From: Curvularia clavata
Taxonomy: Eukaryota
Length of the DNA: 64,000 nt
Direction: 5' to 3'
Assembly (NCBI GenBank): GCA_023920165.1
Contig: CP089274.1
Span: 3,720,001 to 3,784,000, forward strand
Part shown: positions 1-12,681 of the stretch, one piece after another
Layout: each line of letters starts with the position of its first letter
Numbering within the stretch: the first letter of the stretch is position 1
Notes under the pieces: model-generated
Database searches by the model: none
Told to the model about the DNA's origin: nothing
What the model saw: only the letters and a program-made list of their open reading frames with translations
Made by a program: the position numbers and the translations under genes

Positions 1-1108
1 GGAGGCGCTCGTCGGGGTCCATGGACTTGTCTTTACGGCAGTATTCGTAGCGCTGTTGGGCATTGAGGAAGAGGAGGTATTCTGCTTCTTCGAGAAGGAC
101 TTGCTTCTCTATCTCCATTTCCTCGATTCGAAGTTCTGTGCCTTCGACATTAATTTGTGCGAGATCGGCTGTGTAGTCGACTGGTGAGAAGTAGAAGGGC
201 AGGTCTGGCTTTTGCTCTGCAGGATGGGCGTCTACATTGGTGGATTGCTTTACTGTTTGCACAGCAGCTTCGTCGGGCTCATCGTCGTCCATTCGGTCAA
301 AAACGTCGTCGGGGAGGAGCTGGGTATACCAGACGCCATTGTGCCGGACGTACTGCTGCATGATAGGGCTCAGCTTGGCCATGAGCTCCTTGTCCCAGAA
401 TATAGCCCAGAACTCGAGCGACCTTCGCTTTCGATGTGCATCAAGACGCTTGTAGGCCTTTTGCCGCTCCCCAGTGTACCGAAAGTAGGCATGAGCTCCC
501 AGCACACCTGTACAGCCACCTATGTTCATCATGCCCAAGCACCGCGTCCAGCGCGGTATAGCAAGGGAGCGACGCCTGAGCAGCATAGGTATCGAAGCCG
601 ATAACCCAAGCGCGGCACCCGCCAACGCGCCATCGTCAACCGTGTATCTCTTAGTCGATTCATACAGTTTCCACTTGTTAACCTCCTGCACCTTCCCCGC
701 CACAACCACATTTGCAAAAGATGAGTAATAGTACCAATTTACCGCCGCTCCGGCCAAGCCAACGCAAAGGCCCAGTCTCGCCGATGATCGAACAAACAAG
801 GCGGGCTTAGATGGTAGAATTGCTTGTTGAGGCGCTATCCGTTGGTTGAGTGTCGAGGCAAACGACGTATACACTGCGGCAAGGAGCGTCGAGGAAACAA
901 GACATGTTTGTAACGTTGCATTTGCGCCAATGGTATCTGGTCGTTTCGGAACAAGCCGATGTTGGCCTTCCCCTGTGACGGTGTTGTATCAGTACAAGGC
1001 CATACATGTGTATATCTCTTGATCTGCCCCAGCCCCTTTCTTCTTTTATGGTCGGTCTCTCTCTCTCCTTGTTAGCTTACCAGGCGGCACAAAAAGTCGC
1101 AGCACCAT
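1..1108 (-). CDS. Hypothetical membrane-associated protein, 3' end beyond window start
   Basis: ATG at 1108 (MVLRLFVPPG); GTAAGC..CTGAT..CAG intron 973-1080; then a stop-free frame from 972 to position 1 (EGQHRLVPKRPD...LGLCVGLAGAAVNWYYY...DDGALAGAALG...EFWAIFWDKELM...EAEYLLFLNAQQRYEYC). Missing from the ORF track because the stop lies outside the window. Confidence 0.75.
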
Positions 1109-2279
1109 TGCTTGTGGAAGCGAATAACGGCTTTGCAGCTGCAAACCAGCGGGGCTACCAGAGCATCGCAGTACTGATATGCTAAGAGGGAGAGTGTCGA
1201 GCAAAGAGAGGGTGTACAGGGAACCAGGGGGCCGGGACGCGCGTGAGGTATTCACGGGGCCATTTTGATGGCGGGCGGAGGGTGCGCGGGCGTTTGCCGT
1301 GAGTGGGCAAGGCTGTGGCTGTTCCCAAAAGTCATGAGGCTGATCTGAAACCTGGTCGTACATAGAAGGCAGCCCACAGCGGACGGCCACGGGGAAAGGC
1401 GCCCGCAGCGGACGCTGCTGCGCATCAATTCCGCATTGGGCAAAGGGTTGTGAGGACGGGGGCGTTGTTGAGAGGGAGGGCAAGCCCGCGGCGTTAGGAT
1501 TGGCGGTTTGCGCCGCATGCGAACTTTACAGGGTTCAGCGAGCGCACGTGACGACGTTGATCATGCGACGAACTGCAGGCTCGTTCTAGGCACGCGCAAT
1601 AACTGCCGAGGAAATCCAACCCGTTATGGTCAGAACTTAGTCGAGGGGGGACGGGCGACGGCGGCGCTGACGATTCATGCAACACCACACTATACAAGCT
1701 GAACTTATGGCTTCAATACTTTCACAAATACCAAAACGAAACACCGGCACAATGCACCAATTTACGCCCCCCTGTAGTAGCTCATACTGTTGGTTCCTTA
1801 CTACTAAGATAACGCTTTCGCTCGAGCGCTAAGGCAGCCCGCCATTACTACCACTCTAGCCATTCCCAACCATCCTTCTCGGCTCTAGATTCCCGCCTAT
1901 TACAATACTCGTATTCTCAGTCTAGTGAAGCATAGTACCACCCGGAATAAGAAAGGATAGGGATGCGAAAGTTTTTGTCCCGAAAAGCAAAAAAGCAAAA
2001 AGGAGATTGATGATGGAAAAAAGAAGATGCTTTCTCAAGGTCAAAAAAACGCCGTCGCTGAGGAAAAGGAAACTGCCAGATAGCCAAGCGGCCCCATTCC
2101 GGCGCAAAAGCCGCCCACCCACGCTTTGCTGTAGTAGTGCATTAGTTACGTACGTCGAGGATAGAGATACATAAGGAAAAGGAATAATAGGAAAAAAGGA
2201 GAAAAAGGAAATGAATGCGTCGTTTATGTTAGCCATCTCCTCCTCCGCGGAAGCGTGATTGTTGCCGCTGCTGCTTGCT

Positions 2280-4739
2280 TTACACAGCTCTCGTGTCCCG
2301 CCTCTGCATAACAATCTTGCTATCTTCGCTGCGTAGAAACTCAAAGACGCTAAGCTCGAGCCGCGCAAGCCCATCCTTGAACAGGTACTCGCTTCCCTCG
2401 GTGTTGGTCATGACCTTAAAGGCCATGCAGAGCAGGTCTTCGGGGCTCATGCCATCAATGGGGCTCATGTTTTTCCACTTGAGTCTCATGGCTCGGAGGT
2501 CGTTCATTGCTAGTAGCCGATCGACGAGCCCCACATGTGAGACGCCTGGGTTGGCGGCCATCGAGTGACGCAATGCAGCGATGGCTTGTCGTTCGTGGAG
2601 CCAGGCGGTCAGGATCTTGGAAACGAGGTCGTAGTGAGTCGAGAGTTCGGCGCGGAATAGCGACTCGCCGTGGAACCAGAGGGCATGCAGCCGTTGGAGG
2701 AGCGCTGCTTCGTCCGGAGGCATTGAAGGCCGAGGGAAGAAAAACGTGAACAGACCAGCAGTGACTTCGCATTGAAGCAAACGGAGATCGGCAGTGGGAA
2801 CCGATTGTCGGGAAATGGCTGAAGCGGCTTGCGTAGGCTCTGAATGCTGGCTTTTCAGCACAGTTTGATGAGGGGTATGCTGAGATGGAGCAGGTTGTAC
2901 AGCAATTGGAGGTGCTGGACGGCTGGCTGCTGCTTGTGGTGCTTCCTGAATTGGGACCAGTTGTATACCATAGGCGGCTGCACCCTGTACAGAAGGTGCG
3001 GATGTTGGCTGTGTATTAGGTGCCATAGTTGGCTTATTAGGTGCGGCCTGCGCAAGAGGGGTGCTGGATCTACTACGAGGGTGGGGTGCAAGAGAACGTC
3101 CAAAGTGGTGGGCTGAAGCATTAGATGGACTCGGGGGTCGAGGTGTGGGTTGTTGGTGTTGAACGTGTGGATGTGATGGAAGCGGGGCATGCTGGTTGTG
3201 CTGCGGTTGGATAGGCTGTAGTATTTGTTGTTGAGGACTCTGTGACTGTGGCTGCGGAGCAATGTGTGCGTGTTGAGCATGCTGAACTATAGGGGAGTCC
3301 TTCTTCAGATGCCCATTGGTAGATGCAACTGAAGTCACCGGAGGCAAAATATGGTTTACGGGAGCAGACGTAGGTGGTGCTGGCATTACAGAACGTGGAG
3401 GGTCAGTGGCGGGCCGAGGCGGAGCTGAACCGGGCGGAGAGGGCTCATATGGACTTGTGTAGCTATTGCTGTGACGATGGCCGCTGCCGGGAGAACGTCG
3501 CTGGATTTCCTTGGAAGGTTCTCGTGCAGCTTCCCGTACTGGGTCTCTGAGTGTTTCCTTAGCAGACGGTGGGGTATTGACTGCAGTAAAGCCTCCAGTG
3601 TTGACGGCGGTGAAGTTCACTGGCGTCGGGCTCTGTGAAACATTAAATGGTCTCGCCACGCCGTTGAGGTCATTGTTTGTCAAAGGAGCCAGCTGTGTTC
3701 TCGCAGCCTCAGGTCCGCTTCCTGGTGCAGGAGAGAAGCGATGGGCGTGTGTTAGCATTGGTGGCAGGTTCTCCATGCTTCCTGATACTGCAGGGTAGAG
3801 GGATTTGAGGGATTTCCTAGGACTGCTTGTTCGGCTGATAGGCATGGTGTTGTACGGCCGCTTGACAGGTGTTCCATCCATCTCGTCGTCGTCAGAGTTG
3901 GTCAAATGTGTGTTGCTCTTCCGCTTCTTCAGGTTGATTGGCTTGACATCAAGGTCGGTGCCTGCAACAGAATCCATGTCTGGTGGGGTAAGTGACTGCG
4001 GTGTGCTATGAGGCGACTGGATCTTGTTAATAATGCGCTCCGATGAGATGAAAGCCACCGGATACTGCAGCAGCAATGGTAGTAACTTACAAGGCCCTCG
4101 CCGTCAATATCAGCAATCTGATCATAGTCATTTGCGCCCGATGGTCTTTTTAGCTTCATGTTGCGAATGTAGTAGCAGGCCTTGATGATGATCCATCGGT
4201 GCAGGTGTATCTTAAGACTGCAAAACGGCTTAGCGCACGCCCACTCACGTGTACCCACACCCCTCTGCACCACAATACCAAACACGCACGTGCATGAGCA
4301 AAACTTACATTTCCTTGTGCTCGGGCTCTTCGTAAAACAAATCTTTGTTGTACGTCTTCTTAGTTGAATCGGGTGTCAGTAGGCAACTGCGATCCGCACC
4401 CTTGCCCCAAATAGCGGGTCCATAACTCGCTAGCAATTCCTCAAGCTCCTGATCGAGAGAATGCGGATCCGCGGCAAAATCGAGCAACGCATCTCGCTCC
4501 TTGGGCAGTTCCTTGGACAGCTTGGTGACCTCGCTGGACAGCTTGCGGTAGTCTGGATTGTCGAATTTGGGGATGCCGCGGTTGGTGGTCGACGAGGAGG
4601 CCGACAAGCCCAGGCCCAAGCATTCCGTCACCTCGCGGATAGTTGGGTTATGTGAGCTGAAGACGGAGATCCAGCGCGCGCGGTCCCATCGCCGGACGCC
4701 GTGCTCGAGATCCAGGGCTAAATTGTCCTTTGAGCTCAT
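2280..4739 (-). CDS. Hypothetical protein, paralog A (conserved N- and C-terminal domains around a Pro/Gln/His/Ser-rich low-complexity middle)
   Basis: Exons 4739-4309, 4217-4091 and about 4016-2280, joined in frame by GTAAG..CAG introns; ORFs 4305..4739 and 2280..4076. Confidence 0.8.
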
Positions 4740-5151
4740 GGCCGCTGCATGGGTAGCAGTGGTGGTGGTGGCAAGGGAATTTGGGAGGGGGGGTTAGAGG
4801 GAAAAAAAGATATCGGGAGAGGGTGTAGGAAAACAACGATGGGAAAACGTAGACGGTTGGAGAGATGACAGCGGATGGCGCACGAGCGCACCGGAAAGTG
4901 TGATGGGATCTGCTGGGGTGATGGGCTTTGCTCGGCAAGGTAAAAGGAGTACGTTCCACTAAGCCGTCTTGGAACAAAGTTTTTTTTATTGCCAGTTGCC
5001 TCTTCCAAAAAAACTTTGTTCAGTCTCAGAATGCCGATCGTGCTACCTCAGCAAACAAAGAACATAGGCCGCCCACCCCTGTAGATTACCGGCAGCAAGG
5101 ATGATGACAGACTGCGCAGCAGCAACTCGGTTGTTGGGCGGTAGGATGGGT

Positions 5152-5223
5152 GACAGGATCTGACAGGATGACAGGATGACGACGCGGGCGGTGATGATGA
5201 TGATGATTGATGATGATTGATGG
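5152..5223. repeat. Short tandem repeats (GACAGGAT)x3 and (GAT)n microsatellite
   Basis: gacaggatctgacaggatgacaggatg followed by gtgatgatgatgatgattgatgatgattgatgg, upstream of paralog A. Confidence 0.6.
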
Positions 5224-6654
5224 CGGGTGACGTGTAAGGAAAGCAGCAGAAAGGTATTGTTGCGTGGAAAAGATAGGATAGGCCACAAAAGAGGTGCGTG
5301 TCCAGTAGCGAGACAATAATCTAGCAGGGGGCCGCAACAAAAACATGTGCATAGGTTAATACGCGTCCGTGAACCCGAAGTTAATGACTCGCATGCCAAT
5401 AATTCCCCATCAGGGTGTAAATGATAGTACCGCCCGGTCCTCATTCGTCCAGGCTGGGGTGGGTCTGTTGGCCCTGGGCTTGTTCATAGTACGACGCTTG
5501 CACTATGGGCGTAATGGTCACTCGCTGCGTTTATGCTAGTCATATCTATGGAATGGGCTGTGTATCTCATTACAGCGGCGGTACAAATGAATTGGTCGCT
5601 AGCAGCAAAAACTCTTACTCGCCTAGGCCAAAATGTCCGATCCTCTTTACTCAAATCAACCACTAGCCGCGCTCTGCTATCAGCAAAATGGGCGCCGCTA
5701 CGACGCTTTGCGCATAGCCCCCAGCCGATTCATTGCCATCGTGGTCAGGAGTTACAACTGCACCTTGCGTCTATGACGCGCTGTTCCATACACTCTCTCG
5801 TAACCCGCTGCCGCCTTCGCCGACTACGTACATACACTCTATCCTTTGGATCAGCACAAGCCTGCCCCCGCCCCCTATCCCCCATCCGACATCCTTCGTT
5901 GTTACCAAACGGTATCGCATGACATGGCCCGATACGACGTGTGGCGCCCTGCCCCATCGTAAAACTATCCGAGGCCAATGTGACGACTATTTTGCGACGC
6001 CCGTCCGTCACCTTTTTATTCTAAAATAGGAACCTGTGCCATGAAGGAGATTTACGGCCCAGTGCGGAGCCCACCAGCCAAACGCCCATCCACCCCGTCA
6101 CCCCCCTCCATCCACCACCACCACCCTTGTCTGCAAGTTACATTAAGCGAAAGGGTACTTTGTTGCGAAGTGCTGCCGAGCCGTCTATTTCGACCGGATA
6201 CTGGTTGCCGAACTATTGATCGCTGCATACCTGGGCTGAGTCCTTGGCGGCACGTACGTGAGACGGCCGTTTTGCTCGTCTCTGCCTACTCGTCGCATGA
6301 CCGCCCATTGCACGTTACACCGGCTGACGGCAAGCCAACACGCAGGCTGTCTTGTGCGTGCCAGTGCCAGTGGCACAGCTAGGCTAGTCTATGTATGTAA
6401 TCCTACACGCTCCTGTAACAACATGGAGTAGCTGAAACCGACCCCTGCGGCTGACCTACCTCAATAGACTGTTTTCCCGAATTGGGATGCCTAGTGGGCC
6501 TTTTAATTCTGACCGATCGATCGATCCCTGGCCTGCTCAATGTTGTAAGATCCTCATGCATACATACAAAGTTTTCCACTATACTCTGGGCATACAGTCT
6601 ATTATATATGCGCAACAAAAAAGACAACGCGATGCACCGTGATAAACTTCGGGG

Positions 6655-8380
6655 CTATCCGGCATGCCAGACCATACCCTTCCCGTCTTCCTCTTCTTCC
6701 CGCCGGAAGTTTTCCAAATGTTCATGCAACCACGCCATTGTTGCTGTAAACTCGATGGGCTTCCACTGCATCTCTACCGCATACTTCTCGCCCGCCAGCA
6801 CCACCAAGGCCTGTCGCAGCAGCTCATCGCGGTCCACGGCAACATTGGGTCCCAGCCCAAAGCCTTGACCCACGTCCTCAAAGTTTGCAATGATCGTTTG
6901 TGTACAACCCATTAAAGTGCGATGTTGCTGGATGCGGCGCTCAATTTCCGCCGTTGTGTGGCCTTCGGCTGACCACCCTGAGTAACCATGTCAGTGGGAA
7001 GAGATGCCGACAGGGCTAGAGATCGTCCACTTACTCTCATTTGCACGTTGCAGGGCTGCCAGATGTCGTTTGAGTTCCACCCATGTCAAAAAGGCTCGTT
7101 CTCTAGCAATGAAGACGGGGATATTCTCAACCATCTTGTGATAATCAGCGCGCACCCGCTCGCGCCAAGTTTTCTCCAATTGATTGAGCAGTGCTTCCTC
7201 ATCTACCGGAACACCGTGTTCTTCGCCATAGACATATTGTCGCAACGCTCTCAGCCCGTCGTAGTCTAGGCCGCGGTAGGGTATGCTGTTATCTGGCTGG
7301 GGCATCTCTTCTGATGCTGCATCGTCTGAGGGGAAAGTTGCTACTAGCTTCGCGACTTCTACGCTGATTTGCCGGTCAACAGCCGCTTGATTTGCGATGT
7401 GCTGATCCGCAGCCCCTTTGCTTTCTCCGGGATGCGTGGCATGGCTGTGAGCGAGGCCTGCAGAATCCCGAGGCCTGTTTCCTTCTAATCGATTCCAAAC
7501 ACCCTCGACAATGTTTTGTCGCTGTTGTGAGGTTTGTGCTTGATATGCTGAAGGGTAGTATTTCCGTCAGGTACACGCCTGCCAGCATTGACAAATGGAA
7601 ACTCACCTGCTTCGCGGGCTCCCATAATTGGACTCTCGCCTGATTCTGGGGGTGTGAGCATCGCACTAGAGGATATTGGGCTGCCACGTGACACTGTGTC
7701 GCCATCGTGCAAGACTGAATTGGGCGCAAGCGCAACAAATGAGGCCGGTGTTCCGCCTTCTTGCTGACCAGAAAACTCGGCCTCAGCTCGCGCTTGTCGG
7801 TTCTCTGCCTTTTTTCTCCTTTCACGATCAAGCCGCTCTCGTGCAAGGATGACATTACACGCCTTCAGCCCAATCCACCAATGGAGAAGCTTGTGAATTC
7901 TAGATGATGAATTATTAGCAGTGTGTCGGCAATGATGCGAGTTTTCAGTCTCCGAAGCCAGATCGCTTACAATTGCTTATCCGCTTCGTTCTCGAAATAT
8001 AAATCCCTAGGGTAGAGCCCTTCTTCCACGCCAGGTTCATTCGCCGTGAGGAGATGATCGCGGTCCCCCACTCTCCCCCAAACCTTGGTTCCGTGCTTTT
8101 CAAGCAAACCGTCAACCTCCTCTTTCAGGCTCCCCTCGTCACTCAGAAATTTCATCAGTTCATCTGGCTCTTTAGGCAATGTAGAAACAACGTCTCCCAT
8201 ATCGGCCACAAGCTCGCGCACCAGGGCAGATTCAAAGTTGGTTTTGCCGCGCTTGTTGGAAGACCACTTTGCGCGTAATCCAAGGCGTTCAATCAGCTCA
8301 TGCATGCGCACCTTGGACCGGTTTTTCATGATATCGAGCCAGTCTTTGGAGGTTGCATATGTAATGGATGAGCTGTCCAT
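6655..8380 (-). CDS. Hypothetical protein, paralog B of the 2280-4739 gene
   Basis: Exons 8380-7971, 7899-7607, 7547-7035 and 6977-6655 splice in frame through canonical introns. Shares motifs LGL..RG...F, LPKE.D.L..F..D..SL..E...LL...G..[IV]WG...DR..LLT, LH.WI..KAC..I and P.DE.ALL..L...W with paralog A. Confidence 0.8.
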
Positions 8381-11233
8381 GGTGGCGTTGGTTGCATCAA
8401 ACGTCAATCGTCGTTAGAGAATCAGGTACAAGCTACTGCTGCTGCTGTGCCTAAGCAGTTTGGTTGCTCGGACGCTGAAGTGGCGGGGCCGCGAAGTGGT
8501 ACAGAAGCGCGATGTGTAAAGTGCTGATTTTGGTCGATATGATTACACCCAAGGGCAAATTGCAGATAGTGGGAACAGGCCTGCTCAATGAACATGTGAT
8601 GACAAGCAGAGTAGAATGCAAGGCAAGCGAGCGACAAGGGGAAGGGGGGTTGAAAGATGCGATAGATGGCAAAAGTACAGATGAAGAAACCGTAGCGCCG
8701 CGTACGGAAGGCTCGTCTACAGGGTCAGCCGCGCCAGACCCGGAAGGGTAGGCGGAAGGAGCGGGCAGTTCTCGCCCATTGGCCAAGAGCCTCGCGTTAG
8801 CATGGCGATCTTTGAAGAGCTTACACAACGTTGTGCAGATTATTATTCGACTGACACGGTCCAGCACCGTCCTTCTTCGCTGCTCCCACGCCACATGGAT
8901 GATACCCAACTCTCTCCAACCCCGCCGAGCCCAATTGGCTTATCTTCCGAGCTGCCGGGGGTTGTATTGACTGCTTCTACCATCGGGGGACAGTGCATCG
9001 CTAAGCATGTCAAGGAAACCTTGAAATTACTTAATACTCAACGACCGGGATAGGGGCCCGAGCAACAACAAGGTGTCTCGTATGAGGCTCTGCACATGCA
9101 ACCGTCAGCACTGGCCCGTACCTGCAGCATGCATGCTCTCCGTCTTCTCGTAAAACATGCTCTTGTTCGCTGCCTCTCCAGCCTTGATCTTGAAGAGTAA
9201 AAAAGAGAAACCCGGGACATACCTATAATATGCAACGCACAAATACCATTGACAAGCACATGGTTCAGGGATCACCCCTTGCCCAATTTGGCTCCACTCT
9301 GAATGACGCATGTAGAGCAATGTGACTCAAATACATGAGTTCGACATCAAATCCATCCTGCGGATCCGTGTTCCAGACAGGGGCTAGAGGGAAGGTACTC
9401 CATACTAGTATATAGTCTGTCTTAACTCGTGTTCTAGGTCTTGATCCTTGATACGTCAAATTGTGTGTACGTGATCAGCCTTTTCTTTGGTGAATACAGT
9501 GTCATCTCGAGACATGCTGGGCGCCTTGCGAGTTCCATTTCGGGTCTAAGCAGGGGACAATATTGAAATCTGCGAGGTGACAGAATCCAACCATATGTCT
9601 GGGACATGTCCAGAATCTGCTCGCGCGTGTCTAGTTTCGGCTCCATGATGGGTTTCCTGTGAAGTGTCGCACTTGAGTACGGTGTTTTATTAATTCTGCG
9701 CCGCTTTCCCATACCCAGTAGCTAACTTTGCATGCCGTCTTTTTGTAGTCTATGTTTTTCTCGGAATCTGTATCGCTAGTATCGAAGGCATATTGTACCT
9801 ATTATAACGTATGATAGGTAAGCAGTTGTTCGAAAAAAAAATCTGTTCTCACCCTCAACAATCTCACGGGACAATTTCAATCATGCTTCCCTGGTGACAC
9901 CATGGCGGAAATTTCAAGTGTATCTCCACCACCGAGAGACATGATTACAAGTCTTTGAACAACGTCAGCCTATTGCAACCAATCTCAACCATGACTCAAG
10001 GGTAGATAGACGGTTTGAACCAGGTAGCAACACTGTGCGTAACTTACAGCCTTCCCACAGAACCCAAACCTAGCAAACTCAAACTTTAATTCGCTGAAGT
10101 AACCGAGCATCTGCCAGCCTTTGAGTCTTCTTGGACTAGATGAGCTCATCAGCCGTCAAAAGATGCTTCTAACTCAAAGCAGCTCATGATTCAACAGATA
10201 GATGCCGCTGAACTGGTCACTCTTGTTCCGCTCAAAACAGCTCAGAGTGGTATCTCGTAATGACCCGTTCATCTTGCACAGCAGCATGCACATGACTCCA
10301 TTCCAAATCTCTTAGGACTCGATATTTCTCCAGGACCTGCGAGGCTGATGCTACCTGGTAGTACCTTGAGGCCAAACGTGATATATCCTCTTGAAGTTTC
10401 AATGCTCCCATGCAATATCAAATACATTTTGTGTGGATAGCCTCAGCGAAAACGGTCGTCTGATGTCAGGAAGAGTGTAGAGAAAAGGTGTTGCTCAGAG
10501 TTGGAGAGGAGGGGCCAAGCAGTACGCGCTGTGGCGTCCTAGGCTAAATACGCACCTGGCCCATAGTTGGCGGATCCTCATTCGCCATTTGCTCAAGCAA
10601 CAGGCAGCTTGTAATGCCTTACCGACAACCGAATAAGGCTGTGATTTCCAGACGCGGTTGTTTGCATGTCGTCATTTGTTCTGGATGAGATGCGAGGTGC
10701 GGTGACCGGTTTCGAGTATCTGATGACAGTGCTGGAATGTCCACTTGATCTGGCGTATTTCCCTTGTACAGGCTTTGGATATTTGCCATGCAGGGAAACT
10801 AATCCGCTTTTTTGAACACAAAATCCCCATCTCATCTCGGCGGAGGATCTTTACGCATGAACGTCTTCACCGTCTCTAATATCAAAACCATATTCTCTTA
10901 TTCTGCGTAATTATCCAATTTCTCTCCATCGTTATGTACATCCATTCATGGCCACATAGGCCTTTTTTCAAACAAAACTCTAATCTACATCGGTCCCATT
11001 GGGGTATCGTACACAGCCCAGGACTGCAAGACTAACGAAGCTGCAATCCATGGGACTAACTACAAATGAAAATTGAAAACATGCTACGCTTTCAAAAACA
11101 GCAAGTGTGAGTGAAGGTGGAAAGCTCAGCTTCCCTATCCAAAGATTGTTACCGTTACCGAAACCTTGACTGGTCGACGTCATACCGTAATTACATTGTC
11201 GAATTGCTTGAACTCTTGTTCTAAACAGAAAGA

Positions 11234-12681
11234 CTACCGTCCAGACTTCCTGTCGTCGACCAAAACACTCCAGTTCTTCTGTACACTGATACCAGTAGGA
11301 GCTGTCCTCTGTTGACTATCATCGCTCACGCGCGCTAGCTCAATGTCAACATGATGTTTGCCCATATCTTCATTTACAAATTTCATCTCTTCATCTTCAT
11401 CTTCAATCCTGCTTATACCGGCGAGTGTGGAGAACAGTCCGCCTGTAGCGCCCTTCTTGCGTGGCTTAGAGCCCGCCGAGTCTTTAGAGCCAAGCTTGTG
11501 CGACGGCCCTGGTGATTCCACGTCGGATGGGCGGGAGGAAGAGAAAGAGAAGAGCTTGCTCAGTCCCACCGCCTGGAACACAGGTTTCAAACTAGGTAGA
11601 CAGGCACACGACAAGCCGATGTTGACTTCGACAATTGACCATACAATGATCTCGCGGAAGTTGTATGTGACATCGCCCTGGGTGGCAATGGGGATTTGTA
11701 GGAAGATGATAAGGCGCACGAGAGATACAACGGCGATGAAGGTACCCAAGGCAAACATGCCTGCAAGTACGATTCGCTGCGCAAGGGGTGCGTGTAGACG
11801 CCAGACGTATGGTAAAGGCATGAGGACGATGATGAGGTCGAGGCAGACGTTGGGGACAGAGCCACCTAGGTAGATAGCTCGGATGGAGATGCAGTGTGCG
11901 CCCTGAATGGTAGGATTCCAAGCAGCTTCGACTGGGATGCAGTTGAAGATGACGCAGAGCAACTACAAAGACACAATAGTGGTTAGCGTTCGAAGCCCAT
12001 AGACATGTTGTATGACGAAGACATCCATAAGACAGGGTTTTATAACTTACAATAGAGATACACCAAATGATTGCAGCAGCAGTGACAATGTAAATGGTGA
12101 TACGGGCCTTGATTTCGAACAATCGCCAGTAGAAAGCCAGGACAGAGAGCTTGATTGCCGTGATACTCAGAGTGTAGAGTATGTTGCCCACGTAGATGTT
12201 CTTCAAGAAAGCGACGGCCTGTAATGGATTTTGGATCTCAGTGGCGTGTAGACCCAACGATTCCCGCATTCCTGAAAGATACAGAAATTAGCTGCCGGTC
12301 GCTCTCCATCGGATGAGAAGGCGTTGAAGGCAAAGACTTACCAATGATACACACGTAAAAGAAACCGTTTGCGAGCGCCAACGCAACTATCGACATGTAA
12401 TCGTCCCATTGCACATTGCGCCACCCTCGATGACGGTAACGGCACCAAATCTTCAAGGGCACGAGGACCATGATGAGGATATAGGTAAATATGGAGATTC
12501 CATCGAGACGTTGGCGGAATGCCGCTCTGTGTTGCTGTCAATATCGTCACTCCCAGTGCAGTGTTTTCTGGTTCAGGTATTGGTAGGGGTACCCCAGAAA
12601 GTGTGACCGAAATCAGGGCAAGAGAGAGTGGTTGTCTTCAACTACTTACAAGCTTTCTTGAGGATCGGTAATGGGCGCCAT
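11234..12681 (-). CDS. PTH11-like (non-CFEM) fungal rhodopsin-domain 7-TM integral membrane protein
   Basis: MAPITDPQESL / intron 12527-12649 / AAFRQRLDG...WDDYMSIVAL...GLH...IKLSVLAFYWRLF...CIPVEAAWNP...DLIIVLMPLP..WRL...WSIVEVNIGLSCACLP are the typical family motifs; further introns at about 12273-12341 and 11965-12050. Confidence 0.88.

Noticed and set aside
1922..2260. 150-aa hydrophobic minus-strand ORF over A-rich tracts
   Set aside because: The Phe/Leu richness comes from poly-T tracts in the likely 3' UTR of paralog A.
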